Positions 1 to 11,037 of a stretch of 64,000 nucleotides of DNA are shown here, one piece after another. Each line of letters starts with the position of its first letter. The first letter of the stretch is position 1. Position numbers and translations under genes: made by a program. The stretch comes from Phycisphaerae bacterium (lineage in GTDB: Bacteria > Planctomycetota > Phycisphaerae > UBA1845 > Fen-1342). The notes below the pieces were generated by a model. That model did not search any database. It was not told where the DNA came from and saw nothing but the letters and a program-made list of their open reading frames with translations. Location of the stretch: NCBI GenBank assembly GCA_963675745.2, contig CAXXWX010000026.1, positions 96,001-160,000 on the forward strand, written 5' to 3'.

Positions 1-321
1 CTGAAGCTGGCGCCATTACGGCCGCGGCCCAGCACGATTGGCTGGACACCCGCTTCGTCCAGCCAGCGGCGGACCGATGAACGGTGCGCGTCGAGCAGTC
101 CGGCGAGCGTCTTCAAGCTCACAGTGAGCCGCTGAGGCCTTTGGTGTGGGGCGGAAGCTGGCATGGAAGTAGTGTCGCACACTGCCGCCCGCACAGGCTG
201 CGATCTTCATGACTCTCCAGCGCCGTTTGCGGCCATGCGGCGACTACGGGTGAATGGCGTCGGACTGGTGGACGACCGACAGCGTCGCGGGTGTGTCCGG
301 GTTGCTTTGATGCTGTTGGGT

Positions 322-1464
322 TTACGCAGGTGTGAGGCGCGCGGGTTCTTCAAGGACCGCGAGCAGTTCCCTCGCACAAAAGACCCGATCGCGGCGGCTC
401 TTCGTTGTCTCGGACAAGATCCGTGCCTTCACGAGTTTGTCGATTGCTCGTTGCGCCGTGGTGAATGCGACCTTGAGGCGGCTCGCGGCGCCGTTCGTGG
501 TGATGAACGGGTTCTCCGCGATGAGGTCGAGCGTGCGTTGGACATTCTGCGAGCCGGCCCCGGCGGTCTTCCTGCGCCACTTGGCAATCATCGCATTGAT
601 TCGCTGTGATCGCCCGACCGCGTCTTCCGCCTGGCGCGCGACGCCATTCAGGAAGTACTCGAGCCACGGTTCCCATTCGCCGCGCTGCGTGATGCCGAGC
701 AGCCGATCGTAGTACTCCCGCCGTGTCGCTTCGAAGAACGCACTCAGGCAGAGCAGAGGGGTGGGTAGCACGTTGCGTTCGATCAGCAAAACCGTGATGA
801 GCAGGCGGCCAACGCGACCGTTGCCATCGAGAAACGGGTGGATCGCTTCGAACTGGCCGTGAATGAGCGCCGCATGAACGAGCGGCGGCGACTCCGCTTG
901 GCGAAGCGTCTGCTCCCATTCCGCGAGGCAGTTCATCAATTCATCCGGCGGCGGCGGAACGTACGTCGCATTCGCGAGCGTGCATCCGGGCGGGCCGATC
1001 CAGTTCTGTGTGCGACGGAATTCTCCGGGCGTCGCCTGGTCCCCGCGAACGCCGCGCATGAGCTTCTCGTGAAGCTCGCGAACCAGCCGCAGTGACAGCG
1101 GCAGCTTCTTCAGGCGTTTGACGCCGTACTCGAGTGCGGCGACGTAGTTACCCACCTCACGCAGATCTTCAGCGCTTCGTTCAACCGTCGCCCCGGCTTC
1201 CGACGCGAGCAGTTCCCCAAGCGTCGCCTGCGTGCCCTCGATGCGGCTGGAAAGCACCGCCTCGCGGCGGACGAACGTATGGATGAGCACGTGGGGATTC
1301 GGGAGCTGCGCGCCCTCACCGGCCAGCCGGCCGATGAGCCGATCCGCATCCGAGAGCACGCGAACAAGCTTCGGAGACCATGTAATAGCCGGCGGAAGCG
1401 GATCGGGTACGAAGGCGATGTATCCGCTCTGGCTGCGAATCGCCCTGCCGGGGGGCTTGGTCAT
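322..1464 (-). CDS. Fic family protein (AMPylase-like, class II) with C-terminal HTH-like region
   Basis: Canonical Fic motif HPFLDGNGRVGR; N-terminal autoinhibitory-type motif SSRIEG; ATG at 1464 preceded by GAGGAG. Confidence 0.92.
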   Translation of the reverse strand: MTKPPGRAIRSQSGYIAFVPDPLPPAITWSPKLVRVLSDADRLIGRLAGEGAQLPNPHVLIHTFVRREAVLSSRIEGTQATLGELLASEAGATVERSAEDLREVGNYVAALEYGVKRLKKLPLSLRLVRELHEKLMRGVRGDQATPGEFRRTQNWIGPPGCTLANATYVPPPPDELMNCLAEWEQTLRQAESPPLVHAALIHGQFEAIHPFLDGNGRVGRLLITVLLIERNVLPTPLLCLSAFFEATRREYYDRLLGITQRGEWEPWLEYFLNGVARQAEDAVGRSQRINAMIAKWRRKTAGAGSQNVQRTLDLIAENPFITTNGAASRLKVAFTTAQRAIDKLVKARILSETTKSRRDRVFCARELLAVLEEPARLTPA

Positions 1465-1933
1465 GTGTCTCTCCTCAGTTGCAGGGGCGAAAATAGCCGC
1501 ACCTGTTATTTTCGGAATCATAACGAATCGCAAATAGGGTCGCAATCTGCCAGCACCGCTTTGTGCTTGCGGGCAACCAATGCCGGATAGTGGGCTCAAC
1601 GCGACACGTATCACGCAACGCACCTCAGCCTGCCGATTTCGGACCTGTCGTGGCGCAATTCGGCCGATGCAGCCGTCGAGTTCGAGGACAGCAGGTCACT
1701 TCCGCACATGCCGAACGGGCCGTCAATTGAGGCGGGAATCCGCATATTTCGCTGTCAAACGACCGGGGCGACCGTCTATGCTGTAACGGTGGACGGCGAC
1801 CGCGCTCGGGGCCGACGCCCGGGGGTGCTGTAACCCGAGTCGGTGCAGCCACAGGGCGAGTCCGCGGCGCCGTAACCGGAGGGTTCTGACACGCGAAGTC
1901 ATATCTCCAATGCCCGGAGCAGGAGGATTTACC

Positions 1934-4900
1934 ATGTCTCGTCCAATACCCCGCACATCAATGCTCGCCACTGCTACGCTGCTGACGTTGACCGCACTAC
2001 TGGTGACAGCGACGGCGTCGGCCACGCAGTGCATCGCACCCGACAACGGAACCGGAACTGTGACGTTGCCCGCCGACTGCGCGTACCTCGCCCCAGATGA
2101 GCCGATGTACATCATCGAGGGTCTGCCGCCCGGTTCGACGCTGGAGCTCGATCCGAACTTCCACGGCTTTTCGTGCGATTCGCACTCCCTGTGCAGCCTG
2201 CCGCTTGCCCCGGGTGAGTGCGAGACGGCCGGCGGCTCGCTGGGCGGAAATGGACACTGCTTCCAGGGGTACCTGCGACTGGAAGTGAACGGCACCGGCG
2301 ACTTCGCCGGCTATTATCGCGTCCTGTCCGTCCCGGTGGAGTGTGAGATTCACACCGGCCCGCGCAACCCCGGAGACCCCGTCCAGACCTTCTCCGCCGA
2401 CGTCTATCGGCTGTACGGGGAGCTCTTCGGCGACCCGGACTTCTGCATGTTCAGAGTGCTGGCCGGCAGCGACTACGGGCTGCCGTGCCCAGGCGCGACC
2501 ACGCTCACCGAGCTGCCCGGTGACGACTTCAATGTGGACAGCTTCTTCGACATCACCTACCAGATCGAATTCGAGGGTTGTCCGGGATCGCCGCTCGACG
2601 GCTACATGGGGGTGACCACTGCCACCGTCCGCTGGCAGCAGGGGGAGGTGGCTTTGCCACCCGGCACCTGCGTCGCCCCTGACAACGGGTCCGGCACCGT
2701 CGACCTGCCCGCCGCCTGTCCGTTCTATGGCCCTGACGGCGAACTCATGTACATCATCGAAGGCCTGCCTCCGGGCACGACGCTTGAGCTCGACCCGAAC
2801 ATGGTTAACCACACCAACATCGCGCGCACGCCGGGCGGCACGCTCGGCGGGGAGATCGAGACCTTCGACTCGACGCTGGTGCTCGCGGTGGCCGGCACCG
2901 GCGATCTGGAGGGTTATTATCGCACTCTGGCAGTGCCGGTATCGTGTGAGGTCCATACGGGGCCGCGTAATCCGGGCGATCCAGTGCAGACCTTTCAGAC
3001 GGAGATGTACAACCTGCAAGGCGAGCTGTACGGCGACCCGGACTTCTGCACATTCCGCGTGCGGGCCGGCGGCGAGCTCGGCCTGCCGAGCCCCGGTTAT
3101 ACCACGCTGACCAAGCTGCCCAGCGGCGACTTCGCCGTCGACAGCTTCTTCGACATCACCTACGAGATTGAGTTCGAAGGCTGCCCGGGTTCGCCGCTTG
3201 ATGCCTATGCCGGCACTACCCAGGACACGGTCCGCTGGCTCCAGGGCATCGGCGAGATCACCTATGTCGGAGCGTGTTGCGCTGTGGATGGCGCCTGCAC
3301 GCTCGAAACCGAGGCGAACTGCGCCGGCGAATACCACGGCGACGGCACTTTCTGTCTCGGGGACAGCGATGGAGACGGCAACGACGACGCCTGTGTCGAT
3401 CCGCATTCCTGCGTCGCACCGGACAACGGCGGCGGGACGGTCGATCTGCCGGCCGATTGCCCCTACATCGCGCCGTATGAGCCGATGTACATCGAGGATG
3501 GCCTGCCGCCCGGCACCACCATCGAGGCCGACCCCACGCTCGATGGCTACACCGGTATCAGTCGAATGCCTGGCGGCTCACTCGGCGGCGAGATCGAGTA
3601 CTTCAGCTCGGAGTTGCAGCTCATGATGAACGGGACCGGCGACCTGCTGGGATTCCACCGCACGCTGACCGTGCCGGTCTACTGCGAGGTGCACACCGGG
3701 CCACGCAACCCGGGCGATCCGGTGCAGACCTTTGCAACCGAGTTCTACGAACTGAACGGCGAGCTATTCGGCGACCCGGACTTCTGCACGTTCCGCGTGC
3801 GGGCCGGCGCAAACCTCGGCCTGCCGAGCCCCGGTGAGACAACGCTCACCCAGCTCCCGAGTGGCGACTTCGCCGTCGACAGCTTCTTCGACATCACCTA
3901 CCAGATCGAGTTCGAAGGCTGCCCGGGTTCGCAGCTCGAAGACCTTGCCGGCACGACGACCGCAACGGTGCGCATCCTGCAAGGTGATCCGACGTATGAC
4001 GAGCTGGTGGTGACCGCCGGCTCGGACCTGTTCGTCACGCCGGCTCCGTCGAGCTCACCCGCGCCGACGCATCTGGACCTCGGGAGCAGTGAGCTCCCGT
4101 CTGACTTCTTCGGACCGGGGTCTGACCCGTTCGACGGCATCATCTACTTCCGTGGCAGCCCGCTGACCGGGACTAATCTGCCGGCGGACACCGACACCAT
4201 AGTCGAGCGCCTGGACGACATGGTCTTCTACGATTCTCAGGATGCGGACACGGTTGACACTCAGATCGTCGCACTGAACCTGGTCAGCATCGAGCCGATC
4301 ACGGTAACGTTCTGGGGCGGAACGGAGAGCTCGATCTACGACGTCGAGGTGTGTCTATCGTCCTATGCGACGCAACCGATCGGGGTGCTTGCGGCCGTTA
4401 AGGAACACCAGAATGGCGGGACATTCACTGCGTACCTGCCGGTCGTACCCAAGCTGGTATTCACCAAGGTGACGGGCCCTGAAGGTGCGTCGCAGGCTGT
4501 TCAGGATCCGGGGCCAGCGCTCGATCTCAACCTCGAATACGGCTGCTGGTCCTCGTGGGATCCGGGCTTCAACATCTACCCGTCGCCCGGCGGAGTGGTC
4601 GACGACGACTGCGACCAGGTTGCTGACGTGCCGTATCCGCCAACGTCGAACTTCTACGTCGGCGTGTGCTGGTTGCCGCCCGACTATTCAGACGCGGTCA
4701 AGCGGCTCACCCGGTACACCGCACCCAACGCGGCTCATGGCGTGCTCCCCAGCGAGTTGGTGGGCCCCGACAGCGATGGTGACGGCATCCACGACCTCGC
4801 CGACAACTGCCCGGATGACTTCAACCCACTGCAAGAGGACGACGACCACGACACCGTGGGTAACGCGTGTGAGTACGATGTGGGCGACCTGAACTGCGAC

Positions 4901-5068
4901 GGCTTGATCAACAACGGTGACATCGACCCGTTTGTGCTGGCGGTGACGAATGAGGCCGGCTACGAGGCGGCTTATCCGGATTGTGATCGTACGCTGGCCG
5001 ACTGCAACGGCGACGGGATGGTCAACAACGGTGACATAGACCCGTTCGTCGCGCTTCTCAGTGGGTAG
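1934..5068 (+). CDS. Secreted Cys-rich multidomain protein: three ~190-aa 'DSFFDITY' repeats, GACC spacer, further beta domain, thrombospondin type-3-like repeat, C-terminal dockerin-like domain
   Basis: AGGAGG before ATG 1934; signal peptide; 3x CxAPDNGxGTVxLP...VDSFFDITYxIEFEGCPGS; DSDGDGIHDLADNCP; GDLNCDG..NNGDIDPFV twice. Confidence 0.85.
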   Translation: MSRPIPRTSMLATATLLTLTALLVTATASATQCIAPDNGTGTVTLPADCAYLAPDEPMYIIEGLPPGSTLELDPNFHGFSCDSHSLCSLPLAPGECETAGGSLGGNGHCFQGYLRLEVNGTGDFAGYYRVLSVPVECEIHTGPRNPGDPVQTFSADVYRLYGELFGDPDFCMFRVLAGSDYGLPCPGATTLTELPGDDFNVDSFFDITYQIEFEGCPGSPLDGYMGVTTATVRWQQGEVALPPGTCVAPDNGSGTVDLPAACPFYGPDGELMYIIEGLPPGTTLELDPNMVNHTNIARTPGGTLGGEIETFDSTLVLAVAGTGDLEGYYRTLAVPVSCEVHTGPRNPGDPVQTFQTEMYNLQGELYGDPDFCTFRVRAGGELGLPSPGYTTLTKLPSGDFAVDSFFDITYEIEFEGCPGSPLDAYAGTTQDTVRWLQGIGEITYVGACCAVDGACTLETEANCAGEYHGDGTFCLGDSDGDGNDDACVDPHSCVAPDNGGGTVDLPADCPYIAPYEPMYIEDGLPPGTTIEADPTLDGYTGISRMPGGSLGGEIEYFSSELQLMMNGTGDLLGFHRTLTVPVYCEVHTGPRNPGDPVQTFATEFYELNGELFGDPDFCTFRVRAGANLGLPSPGETTLTQLPSGDFAVDSFFDITYQIEFEGCPGSQLEDLAGTTTATVRILQGDPTYDELVVTAGSDLFVTPAPSSSPAPTHLDLGSSELPSDFFGPGSDPFDGIIYFRGSPLTGTNLPADTDTIVERLDDMVFYDSQDADTVDTQIVALNLVSIEPITVTFWGGTESSIYDVEVCLSSYATQPIGVLAAVKEHQNGGTFTAYLPVVPKLVFTKVTGPEGASQAVQDPGPALDLNLEYGCWSSWDPGFNIYPSPGGVVDDDCDQVADVPYPPTSNFYVGVCWLPPDYSDAVKRLTRYTAPNAAHGVLPSELVGPDSDGDGIHDLADNCPDDFNPLQEDDDHDTVGNACEYDVGDLNCDGLINNGDIDPFVLAVTNEAGYEAAYPDCDRTLADCNGDGMVNNGDIDPFVALLSG
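2030..3985 (+). repeat. Three intragenic domain repeats (~570-600 bp each)
   Basis: Units start near 2030, 2669 and 3409; recurring DNA such as GACAGCTTCTTCGACATCACCTAC and GGCGACCCGGACTTCTGCA. Confidence 0.85.
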
Positions 5069-5217
5069 GCGTGGTTGGGAGTGCTGACCGGCCGCGCGGC
5101 ATGCGTCCCGCTTGTGGATTGTGCCGGGCGGCCTGGTCTCACCCGCCGAGCTGCGCGCACGGGAACCGCTGCCGCTGTGTGCTTTGGCGCTCCCGCCCGT
5201 GGATCCGGGTTTGACGG

Positions 5218-7285
5218 TTAGTGTGCCGGTCGTGCGGTGAGCACAACAACCGAGCGCTGGGCCACGACTTGTGACAGCAAACCGCAACGGCGATTCTCGA
5301 CCTGGCTCGCGGATGTCGTCGGGCGCTTCGCGTGCGGTGTCAATGACACGCGACCAATGACCCGCGCGGCCCTCCTGAACCTTAAACGTCACGTCCTCGG
5401 GTGCCATGTTGATCATGGCATAAAGGTCGACACCGTCCTGCGATGCGCCATGCAGGCAGAATGCGAATTGCCGCGAGCCAGGCGACAGATCGACTGGGCC
5501 CTGCGGACCGTACCAATGTACGTCGTCGCGCCAATAGCGCGAGCGGCACAGCGACGGGTGCGCCTTCCGAAATGCGATCATGTACTGGAAGAACCGAAAG
5601 ACGTCCGCATGTGTATCGCGCCGGCCCCAGTCGAGCCAGGTTGTCTCGTTGTCCTGGCTGTACGGGTTGCTGTTGCCGCCTTGCGTTTGCATGAACTCAT
5701 CGCCGGCGCGAAACATCGGGGTGCCGTTCGAGAGCATGAGCAGGCAGCAGAAGTTTCTCACCTGCCGCTTGCGCAGGGCCATGACCTCGGCGGGGACATC
5801 CTGTTCACCCTCCCAGCCGCAGTTCCAACTGAGTTCCTCCGGCGGGCCGTCAGTGTTGCCGTGCCCATTGGCCCAGTTGTGCTTGTGGTCATACGCGACC
5901 AGATCGTAAAGCGTGAAGCCGTCGTGCGAGGCGATGTAGTTGACGCTCTGAAACGGATGATAGGTTTCGGCCAGCGCGTCGGGGAACAGGTCATCGCTGC
6001 CGTACAGCCGTGTCATGACCGAGGAGACCAACCCAAGATCACCGCGCACGAAGCGGCGGATATCGTCCCGGAAGCGCGCGTTCCACTGGGCCCAACGGGT
6101 TCCCGGGAAGGCGCGTCCCAACTGTTGCAGACCAGTGTCCCAAGGCTCGGCGATCAGGCGAACGTTGGCCAAGGCGGGATCGGCGGTGATATCGCCAAAG
6201 ATCGGTGGATCTTCGAGGTTGACTTCCCCGTTGGCCCCCCGCGCGAAGATCGATGCGAGGTCAAAGCGGAAGCCATCGACGTGCATCTCCTTGACCCAGT
6301 AACGCAGGCTGTCCAGGATCATCTTGCGCACGTACCGGTTCATGCAGTGCAACGTGTTGCCCGTGCCCGTGTAGTTTGCGTAGGGATCGTGTGGATTGTC
6401 GGTCATGAGGTAGTAAGTGCTGTTATCGATCCCCTTGAAGCTGTACATCGGGCCCCGATGGTTGCCCTCGGTCGTGTGGTTGTACACTACGTCGAGAATC
6501 ACCTCGATGTCGGCCGCGTGCAATGCCTTGACCATCGCGCGAAACTCGTCGTGCTGGTGGCATTCCTCGCTGGCGCAGGCATATTGCTGGTGCGGCGAAA
6601 AGAAATTCAGCGGCATGTAGCCCCAGTAGTTGCCCTCCTGTGGATCAAACTGGAACACCGGCATCAATTCGACCGCCGTAATGCCCAGATCCTTCAGGTA
6701 CGGGATCTTGGCCTCCACGCCGGCGAACGTGCCCCGTTGCTCAGGTCGCACGCCGGAATCTGACCGGGCCGTGAAGCCCTTTACGTGCAGTTCGTAGATC
6801 ACAAGCTCCGCTTCGTGCCGCGGGGCGGCCCCGTCGCCCCACAGAAAGCACGAGCGCTCCGGCTGAAGCAGGCCAACCGGAGCCTTACCGATGTTCGGAC
6901 CGAATCCCGCGGCGGCTGCCCGACTGAAGTCCGCCGGGAAATGCACGGCCCGGGCGTATGGGTCAAGCAGGATTTTCTCCGGATCGAACGTGTGCCACTC
7001 CGTCTGACCCTCCGGGTTCGGGCCGTTGACGGAGTACGCGTAGTACATGGCATCGGCGAGATCAGCCTCGGCAAACCGGCAGTGCCAGATCCGGCCGGTC
7101 TTGTTCGTCAGATGCGACAGCGGATGCGTCGCCACTGGTTGAACCAGATCGTCCTTGCGATAGAGCAGCAGCGTTACGGCCGTCGCGTGCTTCGAGTAAA
7201 GCGCGAAGTTATACGCCCGTTCCTCGGCGATCCATGTGACGCCCAACGGCGTCGGCGTGCCTTCGGATGCGGCCCAGCTCGTCAT
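5218..7285 (-). CDS. glgX: Glycogen debranching enzyme / isoamylase (GH13 + CBM48); apparent +1 frameshift near 5280
   Basis: IYELHVKGFT, ELMPVFQF, NYWGY, DVVYNHT, DGFRFDLA, IAEPWD, HDGFTL. The usual C-terminal RSVVVL lies in another frame ending at TAA 5218-5220; removing one base gives 688 aa. Confidence 0.9.
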
Positions 7286-7320
7286 GCGCGTCCCTTCAAT
7301 ATCGAGCGCGTCCTACAATA

Positions 7321-8721
7321 TCAGGTCGGCTCGAGTGCGCGAAGCTGATCCTCGTCGATCCGTCGCGCGGGCACATTCGCGATGATTGGGGTATCGAGCG
7401 ATCCTGCCGACGGCCGCACGGAGAGCGTTCTGATGCCGATTGAGGCGGGCCTCCGCGTGATCGACGTGATTCTGAAGAGAAGCGGCAGCGCCGCCGCGCG
7501 TCCGAGCGACGACAGCGCGAAAATCAGCATATAGGCCTCTCTTTGCTGACCCAGCAGCTTCAGGATCATGCCGCCGAACAGCGAACCCCCGAGGATGGCC
7601 AGTGCGTTGAGGAGGTTGAACGTGGTCAGCATGCTGGTGCGTTCCTCGTCACGAACGGTATCGAACAGCAGGAGGAACGCCCCCAGCTCATAGGCTCCCC
7701 ACGCGAACCCGGCAGCGACCTGCACGGCAAGCAGAAACGCAAACGAATCCGAGACCAGCCAGAGGGCCGCCATCGGCGCTATGCCAATGCCGCCGATCCA
7801 GAGCAGGCGTTGCGGCCCGAAGCGATGGGCCAGATGTCCGAATGCGGGCATTGCGAGGATCTTCGCGGCGAATGCCACGGCGAGCAGTGAAACGTACGTG
7901 GCGTACGAGAACTGCGCTTCGCGAAGCATGAACGGGGTGAAATAGGGCCCGGCGACTTGCGTCGCGAGTTGGATGATGAACATGTACTTGAAAAGCCGGC
8001 CCTCTCCGTTACTGAGCCGTCGGACGAACTCGCGAAGCGTTACCGCTCGATCTGGGGAGGCGGCGAAGCTGGTCTCACCCTGCGCGGCCAGAAAGCCTGC
8101 GGAGACAAGCCGGAACACGCCCGCCGCCGCGAACAGCAGGGCGAAGCCGATGAATGACCGACCTGCGGCAGCGCTGAAGTGCAGTACCACGCCGCCGATG
8201 ATGAGCCCCCCGAGAACAGCCAGTTGTGTGGCCAGTGTGCGCACGGCAAAAAACCGCGCTCGCAGCGGCCGCGGTATCAGACGCCCGATCCACGTATTCC
8301 AGGCCGGCCCGGCGCTCATTCCGGCGGTCCAGTAGCAGGACGCCACGATCAGGACAGCGAGCGCCGATATGTGTCCGATTGCGGCCGCGATGACGAGGGG
8401 CAGGAAGCTCAGCGACTGAACACCCGCGCACGCCAAAACCCAGCGTTTGTGGGAGCCCAGGAGCCGCACGCCGGATGGAGCAGCAAGTTGTACCACAGCG
8501 CCGACGAAGAGTGGCACGGTGGCGACCAGTCCGGCGGTGACTTCACCGAGTCCGACCGCGAGGACGAATGCCGGCAGGTAGGACTCACCCAGGCCGACCG
8601 CGAGACTGAAGACCGTGCCGTCGGCGATGCTCGCGCGCAGGTTGCGACGCAGTCGGTTTGGCCGACCAACGGGCGGGGGGATGTCCGCCGCGACCTGGGC
8701 TGTGGCGACAGTTGAACTCAC
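7321..8721 (-). CDS. MFS transporter
   Basis: About 12 hydrophobic segments; GHLAHRFGPQR resembles MFS motif A; GTG start overlaps the upstream stop (GTGA). Confidence 0.85.
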   Translation of the reverse strand: MSSTVATAQVAADIPPPVGRPNRLRRNLRASIADGTVFSLAVGLGESYLPAFVLAVGLGEVTAGLVATVPLFVGAVVQLAAPSGVRLLGSHKRWVLACAGVQSLSFLPLVIAAAIGHISALAVLIVASCYWTAGMSAGPAWNTWIGRLIPRPLRARFFAVRTLATQLAVLGGLIIGGVVLHFSAAAGRSFIGFALLFAAAGVFRLVSAGFLAAQGETSFAASPDRAVTLREFVRRLSNGEGRLFKYMFIIQLATQVAGPYFTPFMLREAQFSYATYVSLLAVAFAAKILAMPAFGHLAHRFGPQRLLWIGGIGIAPMAALWLVSDSFAFLLAVQVAAGFAWGAYELGAFLLLFDTVRDEERTSMLTTFNLLNALAILGGSLFGGMILKLLGQQREAYMLIFALSSLGRAAALPLLFRITSITRRPASIGIRTLSVRPSAGSLDTPIIANVPARRIDEDQLRALEPT

Positions 8722-8951
8722 CGGCGAGACGGCTCACTGGCCTGGGGTAGATTCACTTGACCGCAAAGTCCAAACTCGGTCCGGGGCCAATCGCCGGGGT
8801 GATCGCCGGCGAGACGCGGTTGGATGCGCATCTGGTAGATCTCGAACGCGTGTAGCCGAAGCTGCTCTTCATCTGCCGCAGGCCGGGCTTCGACGACCTT
8901 GGCAATCGATTTGGTCTTGGGTGGCTTTGTGCGAGTTGCGGGCACCGTCAT
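8718..8951 (-). CDS. Small DUF2934-like protein (possibly degenerate)
   Basis: Lys-rich N-terminus, then EEQLRLHAFEIYQMR...GDW..E; AAGGAG upstream (true start may be GTG 8945). Confidence 0.55.
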   Translation of the reverse strand: MTVPATRTKPPKTKSIAKVVEARPAADEEQLRLHAFEIYQMRIQPRLAGDHPGDWPRTEFGLCGQVNLPQASEPSRR

Positions 8952-9109
8952 CTCCTTACAGGATCACTGCGATTATTCTCGGCTGCGCGCGAGTATCTGG
9001 TGAAATCGGGATTAAACGAAGTTCATCCCCAAGCCCATTGCCGAGAATAAACCGACGGCGAAGCCGCTCCCGTAGACGGTCGGCGTCGTTCAGCGGGGCG
9101 GAACTGCCA

Positions 9110-10297
9110 CTAGTTGCCGAAGTGCAGCACGCCCAGCGACACGAGCTCCAGGCCTATGGAGCCGGCGATAAGGATGATGATTATCCACTCCAGAAGTTCG
9201 GCGCGACGATGCGCGGCCAGCGTCGAGACCTTGTCGCACGCGCTCTCCAGCGCGTCGAGTTTGCGGAGGATGCTCGTGTCCCAGTCGGCCAGGTGCAGTC
9301 GCTGTGCCGCAAGCCGGTAGAGACGCGCCAAGTACTGGTCACCAATCAGCTTCAGCGCGTTGTTTACGCCTTCGAAGAGGGCCATGCTGTCCATGCGCAA
9401 CCCGATCAGCTCACGCAGGCTTGCCACCGCCGGATCGGGCCAGATCCGCCCCCGCCGCAGTTGCCGGGCGAGCAACGTGTGGGCGCGATCCAGCGCGGCG
9501 TCGAGCTGATCATCCAGGTAACGCATTTCCAGCAGCTCGACATTGGCGTATTCCAACACGGCCCGGGCGTCATCGAGTGCTTCATCAATTACGATGGCGG
9601 CATTCCAGTCGACGATCGCAAGGTCCGCCTTGCCGAACGCGATACGGCACGTCAGGGCATCTTCGATCTCCTGTTCCGCGAGCGGTGTTCCCTCCGCGCG
9701 CAGCACCTGTGCCAGCGCCTCGGACCGGGTGGCGATCAGATCGGCCGCGGCGGTCACGGGGGCGATCTCACGGACGCCGTAAATCACGTAGTCCTCGACC
9801 AGCTCGGAGAGGTTGGGCTTGGTCACGGCTGGTGCGACCATGCGGAGCACCTGCGCGGCGACGTCACTCGATCGACTCAGGAGATCCTCGTTGTCGTAGA
9901 GCTGCTCGCTGAGCTCCTGCAAGCCGGCCAGGTCAAGCGTCAGAGGGAACTCAAACGTCACCGAGATTGCGCCGAAGTCGAAGAGGACCACGTTCGCACA
10001 GGGGGTGGACGCTACGCCGGCCACCGTCACAGACGGGTGGTCGAGGGCTATGCGCAGTGGTGCCGGCTCGTACTGGAAGTACGACGGCAGCTTCCGGCGC
10101 CGTTCGAATAACTTGCGATGACTGGGTCTGGCAAGCGCTCGCTCCGCGGCATCCAGGTCGAGGCCCAGGCCGATATCGTGGGCGAAGACGGCGTAGCAGG
10201 TGCCGTGGAGTGTCGGCGCTTGACTGACAGGTCTGGCTTCGCTGACACCCTCGACAGCCCTTTCGGCCGCCGGCGGCAACTTCGTTGGCTCGCTCAT
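9110..10297 (-). CDS. Hypothetical protein, RMD1/DUF155-like, with one C-terminal TM helix
   Basis: FDFGAISV, LEYANVELLEMRYLD, LARLYRLAAQRLHLADW, RAELLEWIIIILI; ATGA overlap with the upstream gene. Confidence 0.7.
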   Translation of the reverse strand: MSEPTKLPPAAERAVEGVSEARPVSQAPTLHGTCYAVFAHDIGLGLDLDAAERALARPSHRKLFERRRKLPSYFQYEPAPLRIALDHPSVTVAGVASTPCANVVLFDFGAISVTFEFPLTLDLAGLQELSEQLYDNEDLLSRSSDVAAQVLRMVAPAVTKPNLSELVEDYVIYGVREIAPVTAAADLIATRSEALAQVLRAEGTPLAEQEIEDALTCRIAFGKADLAIVDWNAAIVIDEALDDARAVLEYANVELLEMRYLDDQLDAALDRAHTLLARQLRRGRIWPDPAVASLRELIGLRMDSMALFEGVNNALKLIGDQYLARLYRLAAQRLHLADWDTSILRKLDALESACDKVSTLAAHRRAELLEWIIIILIAGSIGLELVSLGVLHFGN

Positions 10298-11037
10298 GCG
10301 ATCTTCCTCGAGAAGTGACTGCGCGACGAGCGCAAGAGACCGAGAGTCTCCCGCAGGCTCGCGGATAGAGCCGTGAAGACGTGCTCTGTGTCGACAGGTT
10401 GGGCAAGCAGTCGCTGGCTCACTTCCAGCTCGATCCCCCAATAGGTGCCGTTTGGATACGTCTTCCGCAGCCACGTGGGCAGTCCGTCAGAGGTGCCGCG
10501 GTACGGGTAATTGCGGCGCACGCGCAGCGCGGGCGCCGTCTCGGCCAACACGTCTTGCCAAAGCTGACAGAACGTCCGTTCGCCAGCCCGGTCGGGATCA
10601 TAGAGCAGCCCGACATCGGCGTTCCGCTCCACGCCAGCCAGTCGCGGCGTGAACGAATGGACGGCAACGTGCAGTACCCGATTGCCGGCGGACACGATGT
10701 CCTCGACGGTGGCCGCGACGCGCCTGCGATAACGACTGTGATACGTCGCCAGGATGCGGGATTGCTCGCGCCGGTCTATGCCGCGGGTGATCTCCGAGAA
10801 CACGCTGCGGTTGGTCGGCGCTCGATTCAGATCGACCAGGAGCCGCGTGGTCGTGCTGGCAATCAGCGGGCAGCGCAGCTCGGACGCGAGTCGACGGGCC
10901 AGTGCGAGCGCGCCCGGATCGTACGCGCGATGACTGGCCAGCAGCCGCTTGTGTCCGCGAAACAGGTGACTATGTCGCCTGGGCACGCGATTGCCGCCGT
11001 GCGCGCATGTGAGCAGCAGGCGCATGGGCTTGCGCAT
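10294..11037 (-). CDS. N-formylglutamate amidohydrolase family protein
   Basis: LLLTCAHGGN, HRAYDPGA, RLLVDLNR, HSFTP, DVGLLYD, RRNYPYRG, GIELEV. Confidence 0.88.
   Translation of the reverse strand: MRKPMRLLLTCAHGGNRVPRRHSHLFRGHKRLLASHRAYDPGALALARRLASELRCPLIASTTTRLLVDLNRAPTNRSVFSEITRGIDRREQSRILATYHSRYRRRVAATVEDIVSAGNRVLHVAVHSFTPRLAGVERNADVGLLYDPDRAGERTFCQLWQDVLAETAPALRVRRNYPYRGTSDGLPTWLRKTYPNGTYWGIELEVSQRLLAQPVDTEHVFTALSASLRETLGLLRSSRSHFSRKIA

Noticed and set aside
1625..1760. Possible transposase fragment (AVLELDGCI) upstream of fic
   Set aside because: Match too short and flanked by stops; cannot be supported without a search
1934..5068. Cellulosome component
   Set aside because: No glycoside hydrolase domain on any dockerin-bearing protein here and no multi-cohesin scaffoldin in the window
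4688..5217. C-terminal extension of the 865-aa GlgX ORF overlapping the dockerin gene
   Set aside because: Product of the frameshift near 5280; the real end RSVVVLTARPAH* is at 5218
8615..10111. Long antisense ORFs (also 5237-6763, 25340-27076, 32029-33657, 37885-39633)
   Set aside because: Shadow ORFs opposite well-supported genes, expected at high GC, with no recognisable motifs
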